A DNA stretch of 64,000 bases from an uncultured Saprospiraceae bacterium. Lineage in GTDB: Bacteria; Bacteroidota; Bacteroidia; Chitinophagales; Saprospiraceae. Below, piece by piece: positions 34,154-46,700 of this stretch. The stretch is taken from positions 9,839-73,838 of the forward strand of contig CALLWB010000040.1 of assembly GCA_938016265.1 (NCBI GenBank). Direction: 5' to 3'. The position numbers and the translations under genes are program-made. Positions within the stretch are counted from its first letter, which is position 1, and each line of letters opens with the position of its first letter. The notes under the pieces were generated by a model. It was not told where the DNA came from. It saw only the letters and a program-made list of their open reading frames with translations, and ran no database searches.

Positions 34154-36733
34154 CTATTTATTTTTCTTAGGATCAATCACTTGAGGCAGTTTATCCACAT
34201 AATCCACCTTCACATTGTTGTTATCCAATTTGGTGATCTTGATCTCCGTGCGTCGATTTCTTTGGTGATCTGCCTCGCTGCAATTTATCCCATCTTCACA
34301 TTCATTCAACAACCTGGATTCTCCATAGCCTATCGGGAACATTCTTTTAATACCAATCCCTACAGAGCTCAAGTACTTTACTGCAGCACTGGCACGGCGT
34401 TGCGACAAATCCTTATTGTATTTTGTAGTTCCCCTGGAGTCCGTGTGAGAAGTTAGAAGTATTTCCATGGATGGATATTGGTACAACAATTCTGCTACGC
34501 GGTCCAATTCTACTTTTGCGTCTCCGCGAATGTCATGCTTGTCAAAATCATAGTAAAGCGGCGACAACGTGACCACTTGCCCCTGTTCTGGCTTTACAAT
34601 TCCCGAGAGTATGTCCTGCAAGGTTGCTTGTGGCACCATCACATATCCTGGAGGCGCGCCTGCTTGTGTATAATTTGGGATTTGTCCTCCGCCTGGAAGT
34701 GGTACTTGTTGCGGTTGCTGCTGTGATCCAGCTACTGCTTCTTGTGGGTCTTCTCCCAGATCCAATAAAAGTTTGGCTTCGATGGTCGCCTTTTTTAGAG
34801 AATCGCAGTCCTCCACCGTTGATAGATTATAAACGTCCTTGGTAAATCGATCTTTCGTTCCTAGTATTTCGAAGTCGCATCCGCAGTCCAGGCAAAACTC
34901 AAACGTTCCGTCTTTATCCGTCAAAATGGCCTCTGTTTCTCCTGTACATTTGTTAAACACTTTTACAGTAGCGTTTGGCAATTGAGTATCGAAAGATTTG
35001 TTTTTTACCTGTCCAGTTAGCGTAACACAACTGCGTTTGACTAGGTCAATGCAGTAAGTTTCTTTATTTAGTAAGTCGCTGGCAGGCACAACTTTTTTCA
35101 TTGTTTCGTAGCCTGTTTTCTTTACGATAAAGGTATAGACTTCAGAAGGTACAATCGTGTGTTGGATGGTGCCCTTTTCGTTTGTCAGATAACTTCCAGC
35201 GGCAGCATTTTCGCCTTTTCTGGAAACGCCCAATAAGTAGGAGTCTTCTCCTTCATTAGGTTCTAGGGTGATCACCAAATCTCTGTTGGTGACAACTTGC
35301 CCTGCCTTATCCAACACCGTAATCGAGGCTCCTGACAGTTTCTCAGTTGACGCTAAATCTTGAACACAGATTTTCCGTTTTTCAAGTTCGATCACACTTT
35401 CATCTGTTTTCCAAAAATAAATATCATCCTTGGTATTTGGATCCCGATTGGAAGTAAAAAAACCTTCCGTTCCATCTTCATTCAAAATAAATCCAAAATC
35501 ATCTCTTGAAGAATTAAAAGGTTTCCCCATATTCTCTACACTAGTCCAGGTATTTGGCTGATCGCCGAGCCGATTTGCAACAAAAATATCCAAACCTCCC
35601 AGCCCTTCCTGACCGTTTGATCCGAAGTACAACTTCCCATTAATCCAAGAAGGAAAAATCTCATTCCCTTTGGTATTAATTAACCCTCCCAGATTGATAG
35701 CGGGCCCCCAGGTTGAGCCTTGAAATGGGGAGATATACAAATCCATCCCACCATAGCCTCCTGGCCGATCTGAAGAAAAAATCACATATTGCCCATCTGC
35801 GGTAAGTGTAGGATGACAAGTAGCAAATTCGTCGCTATTGAAAGGAAGTTCCTGGACTTCATCCCAAGAGTCTCCTACTTGTCTACACGAAAAAATCTTT
35901 AAGTCGATAGTCCCTTCATCACTTTTTCCATTTTTTGTTCCTTGATAATTATTTCTGGAAAAAAGCATAAAATCTTGCGCTTTGGTAAAGGTGGCTGTTC
36001 CATCATGGAATCTTCCATTTACCACACCAGGCAGCAATTCCGGCTTTTTAAACTTATCGCCATCCCTTTCTGCATAATAGATATCCGTAAAATTCTTGTT
36101 GGTCCATTTATCAGTATTCACTTTTATTCGATTGTTTGATCTGGAGGAAGTGAATACAATTCCATCCTTATAATAAACCGGGCTAAAATCCAGTCGATCG
36201 GTATTAATGACATCCAGTTTTTGGATATTGACATTGCTGTGCTTTTTGAATTGCATGATCTCATCGCAGTCTAGGGCCAGCTCGGATCCACGTTTGTCCT
36301 CTTTGTCCGGGTTCACTCTATCGAATACTTTAAACCAGGCTTTCGCTTCATTGCATTTGCCGTTCGACTGAAGGGATTGGGCGTAATACAGGATATATTC
36401 TGGATTACTTTTTACCGTCACGAATCTGGCGTACCATAATTCAGAATTATAGGTATCTCCATTTAGGCGATAGCTATTGGCCAGTTTCACCATTACTTCT
36501 TCGTTCATCTCAGAAGAGCCAAGGTTCAGGGATTCATAGATCTCTGCAGAAACTTTATAGCCGAAGACATCATACATTTTATCTCCCTTACTTTTCTTGC
36601 GATTGACATTAGAAGATTTGCCACTAGTCCCGACAGTAACTTTGCCTGGTTTTTTCCGTTCTTTTTTCTGGCCGTACAGAGAACCAGAAAGTAGCGTTAA
36701 TGCTAGAAGTATTATTATTTGAATAGATCTCAT
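34154..36733 (-). CDS. multidomain OmpA-family protein (TPR, TolB-like beta-propeller, CarboxypepD_reg-like and OmpA_C domains), PG1058-like T9SS-associated type
   Basis: A signal peptide is followed by a TPR-like segment (YNSELWYARF...). PD40-like blades are present (IVFTSSR, YVIFSSDRPGGYGGMDLYIS, FFTSNR). The OmpA_C segment is LTSHTDSRGTTKYNKDLSQRRASAAVKYL...NRRTEIKI. Confidence 0.85.
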   Translation of the reverse strand: MRSIQIIILLALTLLSGSLYGQKKERKKPGKVTVGTSGKSSNVNRKKSKGDKMYDVFGYKVSAEIYESLNLGSSEMNEEVMVKLANSYRLNGDTYNSELWYARFVTVKSNPEYILYYAQSLQSNGKCNEAKAWFKVFDRVNPDKEDKRGSELALDCDEIMQFKKHSNVNIQKLDVINTDRLDFSPVYYKDGIVFTSSRSNNRIKVNTDKWTNKNFTDIYYAERDGDKFKKPELLPGVVNGRFHDGTATFTKAQDFMLFSRNNYQGTKNGKSDEGTIDLKIFSCRQVGDSWDEVQELPFNSDEFATCHPTLTADGQYVIFSSDRPGGYGGMDLYISPFQGSTWGPAINLGGLINTKGNEIFPSWINGKLYFGSNGQEGLGGLDIFVANRLGDQPNTWTSVENMGKPFNSSRDDFGFILNEDGTEGFFTSNRDPNTKDDIYFWKTDESVIELEKRKICVQDLASTEKLSGASITVLDKAGQVVTNRDLVITLEPNEGEDSYLLGVSRKGENAAAGSYLTNEKGTIQHTIVPSEVYTFIVKKTGYETMKKVVPASDLLNKETYCIDLVKRSCVTLTGQVKNKSFDTQLPNATVKVFNKCTGETEAILTDKDGTFEFCLDCGCDFEILGTKDRFTKDVYNLSTVEDCDSLKKATIEAKLLLDLGEDPQEAVAGSQQQPQQVPLPGGGQIPNYTQAGAPPGYVMVPQATLQDILSGIVKPEQGQVVTLSPLYYDFDKHDIRGDAKVELDRVAELLYQYPSMEILLTSHTDSRGTTKYNKDLSQRRASAAVKYLSSVGIGIKRMFPIGYGESRLLNECEDGINCSEADHQRNRRTEIKITKLDNNNVKVDYVDKLPQVIDPKKNK

Positions 36734-36760
36734 TTCTATTATTTTTAAGCAACTTCAATA

Positions 36761-37690
36761 CTAGAAGTATCTAATATTTTTAATTCGTTCATTGTCATAT
36801 TTAAAAATATAATCCGCCATGATTTCCCAACTACCAGGCTGATGTCTTTTTAATTCAGACAAGTGATAATCATACGCCAGTCCAACTTTAAATTGTTGGT
36901 TGAACTGATATTGTAAAATGCCGCCAAGTGCATCGCCAAGTCGATAGGTTACACCAAACCAAACCGCATCCATCATCAAAACACTGGCATTCAAATCTAC
37001 ATCAAACGGCGACTCTGGTTGATACTTTATCAAAATAGAAGGGGTAAATTTCACACTTGAACCCAGCTTCATTACACCGCCCCCCATTAAATAATAATGC
37101 ATTTTATTTTCATAATATTGGCCTGCATTTGGATCAATATCCTGACTAATATATAAACCGTTTTTCAACACATGAGGAATTGAAAATCCAGCATAAAAAT
37201 TTTCATGATAGTAATAAACCCCCACTCCAAAATCTGGAAGAAATCGATTAGGCTGTGTCAATGGAATATTGATGTCTCCTGGGTTTAAAGGGTCCGCACG
37301 ATCCCATCGAGTGCCAATATATTCTACCCTTCCCAATAGACCGATATTAAGGGTGTTTTTGTCATTCAATTTCAGCTTATAAGCATAAGAAAGATCGATA
37401 AACCAAGCTTCCGACAATCCTAGTTTATCGTAGATCACAGACATGCCAATTCCACTGTTATTTTTTAAGAATGGAGCATTAAAACTAAAAGTCCCAGTCC
37501 TCGGTGCTCCTTCAAATCCTTGCCACTGATGTCGGTACAACGCTGTGAGGCTCAGTGCTTCTCTGCTTCCTGCATAAGCAGGATTGATCACCAACTTATT
37601 GGACATAAACTGAGTATAATGCGCATCCTGTTGTGCCATCCCCCAAATGGAAAGCAACACAAATACCTGAATTAGAAAACTTCTTCTCAT
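36761..37690 (-). CDS. PorP/SprF-family type IX secretion outer-membrane protein
   Basis: AQQDAHYTQFMSNKLVINPAYAG is the family N-terminal signature. The 309-aa beta-barrel-like sequence begins 66 nt downstream of the giant type-B CTD gene. Confidence 0.9.
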   Translation of the reverse strand: MRRSFLIQVFVLLSIWGMAQQDAHYTQFMSNKLVINPAYAGSREALSLTALYRHQWQGFEGAPRTGTFSFNAPFLKNNSGIGMSVIYDKLGLSEAWFIDLSYAYKLKLNDKNTLNIGLLGRVEYIGTRWDRADPLNPGDINIPLTQPNRFLPDFGVGVYYYHENFYAGFSIPHVLKNGLYISQDIDPNAGQYYENKMHYYLMGGGVMKLGSSVKFTPSILIKYQPESPFDVDLNASVLMMDAVWFGVTYRLGDALGGILQYQFNQQFKVGLAYDYHLSELKRHQPGSWEIMADYIFKYDNERIKNIRYF

Positions 37691-37756
37691 AATAATCGGT
37701 TTTTGAGGGCCTTAGTAGTTTGTCACTTACTAACGCCTTCATTTATTAGTTTTTCA

Positions 37757-40700
37757 CTATCGGTGTATCGATAAAAATCCTGCTTGCCTGTCATTTATTT
37801 CTCGATCAGGAATCAAAATATAATAATAGGTTCCTTGTGGGAGATCCTCATTATTATAAGTTCCTTTCCAGTCATTATTGTAAGGTGCAGACTCAAATAC
37901 TTTATCCCCCCATCGATTGAATACCATCAATTTATTATTCGGATAGTTGATCAAGCATGGAATGATAAATTCATCATTATGACCATCTACGCCTGGAGTA
38001 ATTATGTTTGGTATATAGCAATCCGTTCCTTCTACCCCAATTTTGATTTCCACAGTGGCCGTGTCACAGTACGTTCCACAAGAATTTGTTGCGCAAACCG
38101 AATACAAGAACGAATCATTACCTAGATAATTATTATCAGGAGTATAGCTAAACGCTCCATCATCATCTATTCGCACTTTACCATGATCTCCACCATCGAG
38201 CAGTTCTGCATTGGCTTCTTGAAGATCTGGATCCATTAAGTCATTATCGAAAATTGGCAACGTGTCTTTAATCGTGTTAAATTCAACAAAAACAATATCA
38301 TCCATTAAACTCAATTCTGAAGAACTAACTGGCTCTTCATACGTGATTAGTACTGCATCGCTTGAATAATCAGCACAAGCACCATTCGATAAGATCCAAA
38401 CAAATACATTTTCTCCTATTGCTAAATTATCTACAATGGTAGTCGGTTCTTCAGGAGAAACAATATTGACACCTGGAGTCGGCGAAATCCAAAGCCCGGT
38501 TCCTACCGTAAATGGATCAGCTTCAAGGACAATCATATCCCCGCATAAAGTGATGTCTTCACCTGCATAGGCAACGTCCAACGGATTATCATAAATAGTA
38601 ACCAGTACCTCATCAGAATCAAATTCGCCACAAACCCCGTTGCTCAACGTCCATGTAAAAGTAAAGGTTACACTACCAGAACCTGTTCCATCATTATTAT
38701 AAAGACCTGTAATTTCTGTATTTGGATTTGTAGGATCGACTATGACAACTCCAGTATTTATTTGTACAGAAGATTGGGACCAAACGCCAACCACATCAGG
38801 GTCGGTAAAGTTAGTCGCTCCTTCAAGAGCAGTTGCCGTGGTATCACACCATTCCTGATTTAATCCGGCAAACGCCACATCAGCGGCGACGTCTGTTACG
38901 ATTACTGTTACATCATCACTATCATAGTTAATGCAAGTCCCATTGGAAATCGTCCAGGTAAACACATGCGTACCTTCAGACAATCCGGTAACTAATGATT
39001 GTGGATCTGTCGGAGCGATTACAGAAACACCAGGACTATTCGTCGACCAAATACCAGTTCCAATTGGCACGCTGGCCTCTAGGTTCGTAGTATTTCCACC
39101 ACAAATAGTAATATCTGTTCCTGCATCTGCCGCATCTCCTGGGTTATTGTTGATGACAATCTGCGTATCATTAGAAGGCAAACTAGAACATCCATTATCC
39201 GTAACGATCACAAAATATCCACCCTGCTCTGCCACCGTAATGTTTTGTAAGGTAAAATCAGAAGAAGTAGAAGGTGGTCCCAATGGAGCATTCGAACCAG
39301 ATTCAAACCACTGATATACCGCACTAGGGCCTCCAAAACCAGAAGTAACTTCCAAAATCACATTAGAGCCCGCGCAACTTGGACTACTATTGTCAACGGT
39401 TGGAGTGGTTGGAACTGCAGTTACAAAAATATCTATCGTCCCAGCTGGAGAATCACATCCATCTTCTGTAATCACCAAAGAATAGGTGCCTCCACTAAAA
39501 GAAGTCGTATTGGTAATAATCGGATTGGCCACCGTTGAAGAAAACCCTCCAGGCCCCGTCCACTGATAACCATCTGCTAAAATACCGGAAGACAAACTAA
39601 CTGTCTCGCCTGCACAAACCGTAGTATCGATCGCTGTCGGTGCTGGCATTTGTGGATCGCCTACCATCAGCAACACTGAATTTGAAGTCAAAGAAACACA
39701 TCCCTCCACACTTACTTGCATGGTATAAGTACCTGCATCGGCAGTCGTAACTCCAGGAGCAGTAAAGTTTGGAATTGGTGTAGTTCCAACACTTGATCCA
39801 TTGAAAAACCATTCATAAACAACTGTTGTCCCGGAATAAGGAGTGGTACTCAACTGTAACACATCCCCGGCACACAACGGCCCATTACTTGTTATCGTTG
39901 GTGTCGCCGGTGCAGGATCAATGGCTATGATAACCGTACTTCCAACAGAGATACACCCGTCATCAGATTCCAATACCAAACTATAAGTTCCTGCATCAGA
40001 AGCATTCAAATTATTGATTACCACATCAAATGGTCCAGCAGCAACCGTCGTACTTGTAAAACTAAATCCTCCTGGACCGGTCCAGGTATAAGTTACATTT
40101 GTCATTCCTGTAGTTACCAGATTATCCGCACTAAGAGTGACTGATTCGCCTTCACAATATGTCCCTGCTCCGCTAATATTACTGATTATGGGCAATGGAT
40201 TTATGGTGACTGTTGTGGTCGTTAATGGATCTGAAGTACAGCCATTTGATACGACTGTTAGTTCATAGGTGGTATTTGTACTTACGTTGAATATCGTTGG
40301 ATTTTGTGTCGTTGAAATGATCGTCGGACTTCCAGATTCCCGCCATTCATAAGAGGCACCCGGCACATTCCCAGCAAACAACTGGACAGCGTCGCCCTCA
40401 CAAATCGGCCCATTATTCGAAGCCGTTGCGTTTGGCAATGGATTTACAATAACATTTGCAGGTGCAGATACATCAGACACGCAACCATCTACCGTTACCT
40501 GGACGCTATATGGCGAAATCGCATCCACATCATTGGCAGCAATAGTCAAAGAACTACCCACCCCAATAATTGTCCCTGCTCCATTGATCCAGGAGTAGTT
40601 AATCGCGGCGCCTACATAAACTTGCTGAATGTTTAATGAAATATTCTCATCTATACAAACCGGACTATTCGTAGTAATACTTGGTGTAACTGGTGTTGAA

Positions 40701-43700
40701 ATAATATTACTAACCGTTACACTCTCCGAAACGGGACATCCACTGACGCTTGTCACTACAAGTGTATAACCTCCGTTATTTGCTACTGTAACATTCGAAA
40801 TTACAGGGTTCTCCGCATTAGAAGTAAATCCATTTGGCCCTGTCCAGCTATAAGTAACCCCATTCACAGAATTAGCAAATAACTCTAATGTTCCTCCTTC
40901 ACAGATATCAGTCGTCGTCGAAATAGGGAATACTTCTGGCAAGACATAAACATCCAGATCATAGACACTAGAAGTAAGTTCACAACCATCAACGACCACA
41001 GTAATAGAATAAGCGCCTTCATGCATAGTAGAATCTACTGGACTAATTGTTATTTCATTGGTATTTTCTCCGGTTACATTTACTAAAGAAGGAGTGTTCC
41101 AAGTATAAGTGACACTTGATCCACTATAAACCGGTACAGTGAGTACGATAGTTTCTCCTTCACAGGTAGGTCCTGTGCTTGCAATAACTGGTTGAGCTAC
41201 TGGGTTTGGAATATCTGATATGACATTCGTTACTTCTGTTGTCTGACAACCGTTAACGTCCGTTACAATCAAGGTATAAGAACCATTGTTTGCAGGCACT
41301 GCATTTGGAATCACTGGATTCTCTGCATTTGAAACAAAACTGTTTGGTCCTATCCATTCATAGCTCAACGGCGCGCTACCTGTAGCATTTGCGGTAAGCG
41401 TCAAGTCTGCCGGAGAGCAATCCATATTCAAAGAATAAGCAGCAAGCGGCAATGCAATCGGCAAGGCATTCACCGTTACAGAAGTCTGAGCAACAGGGGA
41501 CGGACATCCATTCAGGTTCACGATCAACTCATAAGATTGATCAGACTGCAAGTTAAAAATGATTGGATTTTGTTCGGTGGATACAATAACTGTCGAACCC
41601 GCTTCTGTCCATTCATAAGTTGCCCCTGGTACATTTCCAGCAAACAACTGAACTTCTTCTCCCGGACAAATAGGCCCATTATTAGTAGCTGTAGCAACTG
41701 GAATCGGATTGATCGTCACAGTAACCGGTGGAGACAATTCAGAAACGCATCCATTGATGACCACCTGCACACTCCAGTCTCCTGGAAGATAAGGCACATC
41801 AGTATCTGTAATTGTTGTTGAACTCGTTGTTGTCGTCAACAATGGATCCATCAATGTCGAGGCACTTCCTCCCAGAGGACCAACCCACTGATAGGTAGCT
41901 CCAGGTACATCACTAGTAGTCAATATCAAATCTTCTCCTTCGCAAATTGGAGCGTTGGTACTGATCGTTGGCGTATCAGGTTTTGGAGTAACCTCCAAAT
42001 CTACTGGAATTCTTAAACTTGTACATCCATTGACGTCTATGCATTGTGCATAATAGGTATAGGTTCCTTGCGTTAAGGTAATTGTATTATTTGGGAAATA
42101 CGTTTCTCCTGTACCTACTTGATTTCCGCCTGACGGTGCATCCCACCAGGTAACCATTCCTCCAGCAGAGCAAGGATCAACTTCTAATGGATCTACTAGA
42201 GATTGTCCTTCACAAATTGATTGGCCAACTGGATTTGCTGGTTCCACAAGTTCGATGATATCAACAAAAGTAGAACCCGGATCAGAAAGACAGCCGTTGA
42301 CATTAACAATTACATAGTAGGTTCCTTCCGTTGCAATAGTGGCATTCGACAACATTGGATTTTGCTGTGTCGAAATTAAATTTAAACTCAAGTCAGTATA
42401 GTCGGGTACGTCATCGTACCAGGAATACGTTGCATTTGTAATTGTTCCCGTTGTCAATTGCACATCATTGCCAATGCAGATTGGTCCATCATTATTTGGT
42501 GCAGGTAGCATTGGTTTATCAGAAACCGTCACCGCATAATTTGCAGGAGCGCCTTCACAACCATCCGTACTGACTTCACTTATTGAGAACGGATAGACTC
42601 CAGCAGCAGTGTTATCAAAATCAGTAGCAAATTCAACATCGGTAAGATCAAATGCACTTTGGTTCGTTTGTAATGGAGCTAAAGAGCTCGGCCCATAAAT
42701 GTTAAACACACTTGCTCCTGTAGATCCTGTTGGTGTAACTAGTGTTGGAGTTCCACCAAGACAGATAGTTTCATTTACAACAGCTGGTGCACCAGGAACT
42801 GGATATACCGTCAATATAAATGCTAGCCGATTTGAACTAGTACAACCAAGTACATCTTCACATTCTGCAAAGAAATTATACGTCCCTGCAGCTAATGAGC
42901 TAGTATTAATAGGAATAAATGTAGCACCAGTGGAAAGCAGAACCCCACCACTCGCACTATCATACCAATTAACCGATGCTGCGCCACAATCCGCTTCAAA
43001 TGGAGTTGTTAAGGTTTCACCAGAACAGATTTCCAAGTTATTAGTAACTGATGCAGCGTCCGCAATTATATTAAGTGTAACTGTCACCAAGTTTGAGGTC
43101 GCAATGCAACCCGAAGCCGAAGTAACTATAAAATAATAGGTACTAGTAACCACAGGCATTACAACAGGATTTTGATCCGTAGATTCTAAGACGTCATCTC
43201 CGCCACCTATTGCTCCATCACTTCCAGCATAATACCAATCATAAACAGCACCTACTCCAGCATTGTCTGCATTCAATTGTTGAGACTGTCCACTACAAAT
43301 TGGCGTTGGGCTAACACCTGCTACTGCAGACGGAGTCCCATTAACGGTAATTGTAAACGGACTTGATTGGCCAACACAACTGTTGTTGGTTACTTCTATA
43401 ACACTGAAATTGTATACTCCGGCTATGGTAGCATCAAACCCATTTGTATTTGCAATTGTAAATATAGATGCGATTGGCCCTACCTCTGTACCATCTGGAT
43501 AGGTAATGGTAAAGTTGCTTGTTGTGGTCGATCCAAGTGGAACTATTTTAGGAACAACATCTCCAATACATAGTTCCTCATTCCCTACTGTAGGAACTCC
43601 TGGTTCAGGATTGACGATTAATGTAAATTCAAGACGAGCTACGCTCATACATCCTTGCGCATCTTCACATTCTGCGAAGTAACTGTAAGTACCTGCTGCC

Positions 43701-46700
43701 AGATTGCTTGTATTCGTTGGGATGAAGGTTGTGCCTGTTCCTAATAATATTCCTCCACTCGCTGCGGAATACCAATTGACAGTCATTGCTCCGCAATCTG
43801 CTTCTAGCGCTGTTGCTAACGTCTCCCCTTCACAAATTTCTAAGTTATCAGTTACTGTGGTTGGGTCTGCTGGTGCATTTACCGTTACAGATACAAGGTT
43901 GGAGGTGGCTGTGCAGCCTGATGCGGTAGTTACTATTACGTAATAACTGCTCGTAATGCTTGGTCCAACGTTTGGATTTTGATCCGTGGATTCAAGAACA
44001 TCATCGGTGCCTCCTATCATGTTGTCCGCTCCTGCGTAGTACCAATCATAAGTTGCTCCCACGCCTCCATTGTCGGCGGTCAGTAATTTGGTTTGTCCGT
44101 TGCAGATTGGTGTGGCATCTACTCCTGCTACTGCTGGTGGGGTTGGGTCTACTGTTATCGTGAATATTGCAGGTAGTCCAATACATCCGTTTCCAGTTAC
44201 TTCCCTTACACTGAAATCATATACTCCTGCTTGCGTATTATCAAACCCATTCGTATTTGTAATGGTGAATGTTGCAGCAGCTGTTCCGACTTCTGTACCG
44301 TCTGGATAAGTTATACTGAATACGCTTGTTGTTGTCGTGCCTGTCGGTGCAATTAATGGGACAGATTCACCAGCACATATTCCTTCATTATCTACTATTG
44401 GTGTTGCAGGGCCAGGATTTACTATTAAAACAAATTCGAGGCGAGTTATGCTTATACAACCTTGGGCATCTTCACATTCTGCAAAGTAGCTGTAGGTGCC
44501 TGCTGCCAGGTTGCTTGTATTTGTTGGTATGAAGGTGGTTCCTGTTCCTAATAAGGTTCCTCCACTTGCTGCTGAGTACCAGTTCACTGTCGTTAATCCA
44601 CAATCCGCCTCTAGTGCTGCTGCTAACGTTTCCCCTTCACAAATCTCTAAATTATCAGTTACTGTGGTTGGGTTAGCTGGTGCATTTACGGTTACGGAGA
44701 CTAGGTTGGAGGTGGCTGTGCAGCCAGATGCGGTGGTTACGATTACATAGTAACTGCTGGTTATGATTGGTCCGACGTTTGGATTTTGATCTGTGGATTC
44801 AAGAACATCATCTGTCCCTCCTATCATATTGTCAGCTCCTGCGTAATACCAATCATACGTTGCGCCCATTCCTCCATTGTCAGCAGTTAGTAATTTGGTT
44901 TGTCCGTTGCAGATTGGTGTGGCATCTACTCCTGCGACTGCTGGTGGAGTTGGGTCTACTGTTATCGTGAATATTGCGGGTAGTCCAATACATCCGCTTC
45001 CAGTTACTTCTCTTACACTGAAATCATATACTCCTGCTAGCATATTATCAAACCCATTCGTATTTGTAATGGTGAATGTTGCAGCAGCTGTCCCAACTTC
45101 TGTACCGTCTGGATAAGTTATACTGAATACGCTTGTTGTTGTCGTTCCTGTTGGTGTAATTAATGGAACAGATTCGCCTACACATAATCCTTCATTACCA
45201 ACTATCGGTGCTGCGGGTCCTGGATTTACTATTAATATAAATTCAAGACGAGTTACGCTCATACAACCTTGAGCGTCTTCACATTCTGCGAAGTAGCTGT
45301 AGGTGCCTGCTGCCAGGTTACTTGTATTTGTTGGAATGAAGGTAGTTCCTGTCCCTAATAAGGTTCCTCCACTTGCTGCTGAATACCAGTTGACTGTCGT
45401 TGATCCACAATCAGCCTCTAGAGCTGTTGCTAACGTTTCTCCTTCACAGATTTCTAAATTGTCAGTTACAGTGATTGGGTTGGCTGGTGCATTTACCGTT
45501 ATAGATACCAGGTTAGAGGTAGCTGTGCAGCCAGATGCAGAAGTTACTATTACATAATAACTGCTGGTAATGCTTGGACCGATGTTTGGATTTTGATCGT
45601 TGGATTCAAGAACATCATCTGTGCCTCCGATCATGTTGTCGACTCCTGCGAAGTACCAGGTATAGACGGCTCCCATTCCAGCATTGTCTGCTGTTAGTAA
45701 TTTGGTTTGTCCATTGCAAATTGGAGTGGCATCAACTCCTGCTATAGCCGGCGGTATTGGATCAACAGTTATCGTGAATATTGCTGGTGCTCCTATACAT
45801 CCGCTTCCTGTTACCTCTCTGACACTAAAATCATATACTCCTGCTATGGCATTATCAAATCCATTCGTATTTGTAATGGTGAAGGTTGCAGCCGTTGTTC
45901 CGACTTCTGTTCCGTCAGGATAAGTAATGCTGAATATGCTAGTAGTTGTTGTTCCAGTCGGAGCAATTAAAGGTACAGTTGCGTCTACACATAGTCCTTC
46001 ATTATCTACTATCGGTGCTCCTGGGCCAGGGTTTACAATTAAGGTAAATTCAAGACGATTTACACTCATACATCCTTGGGCGTCTTCACATTCTGCGAAG
46101 TAACTGTAGGTGCCCGCAGCCAGGTTGCTTGTATTTGTTGGGATAAAGGTAGTTCCTGTTCCTAATAAAGTTCCCCCACTTGCGGCAGAGTACCAATTGA
46201 CTGTCGTTGATCCACAATCAGCCTCTAGTGCTGCTGCTAATGTTTCTCCTTCACAGATTTCTAAATTATCGATTACGGTGGTTGGGTCGGCTGGTGCATT
46301 TACAGTTACAGATACCAAGTTCGAGGTCGCTGTACAACCAGATGCGGTGGTTACTATTACGTAGTAACTGCTTGTGATACTTGGTCCAACGTTTGGATTT
46401 TGATCAGTGGATTCAAGGACATCGTCTGTACCTCCTATCATGTTGTCGGCTCCTGCATAATACCAATCATACGTTGCGCCCATTCCTCCATTGTCGGCGG
46501 TCAGTAATTTAGTTTGTCCGTTGCAAATAGGAGTGGCATCTGCACCAGCTACTGCCGGTGGAGTTGGATCTACAGTTATCATAAATATTGCGGGTAGTCC
46601 AATACATCCACTTACCGTTACTTCCCTGACACTGAAATCATAGGTTCCTGCTACGGAGTTATCAAAGCCATTCGTATTTGTTATGGTGAATGTTGCAGCC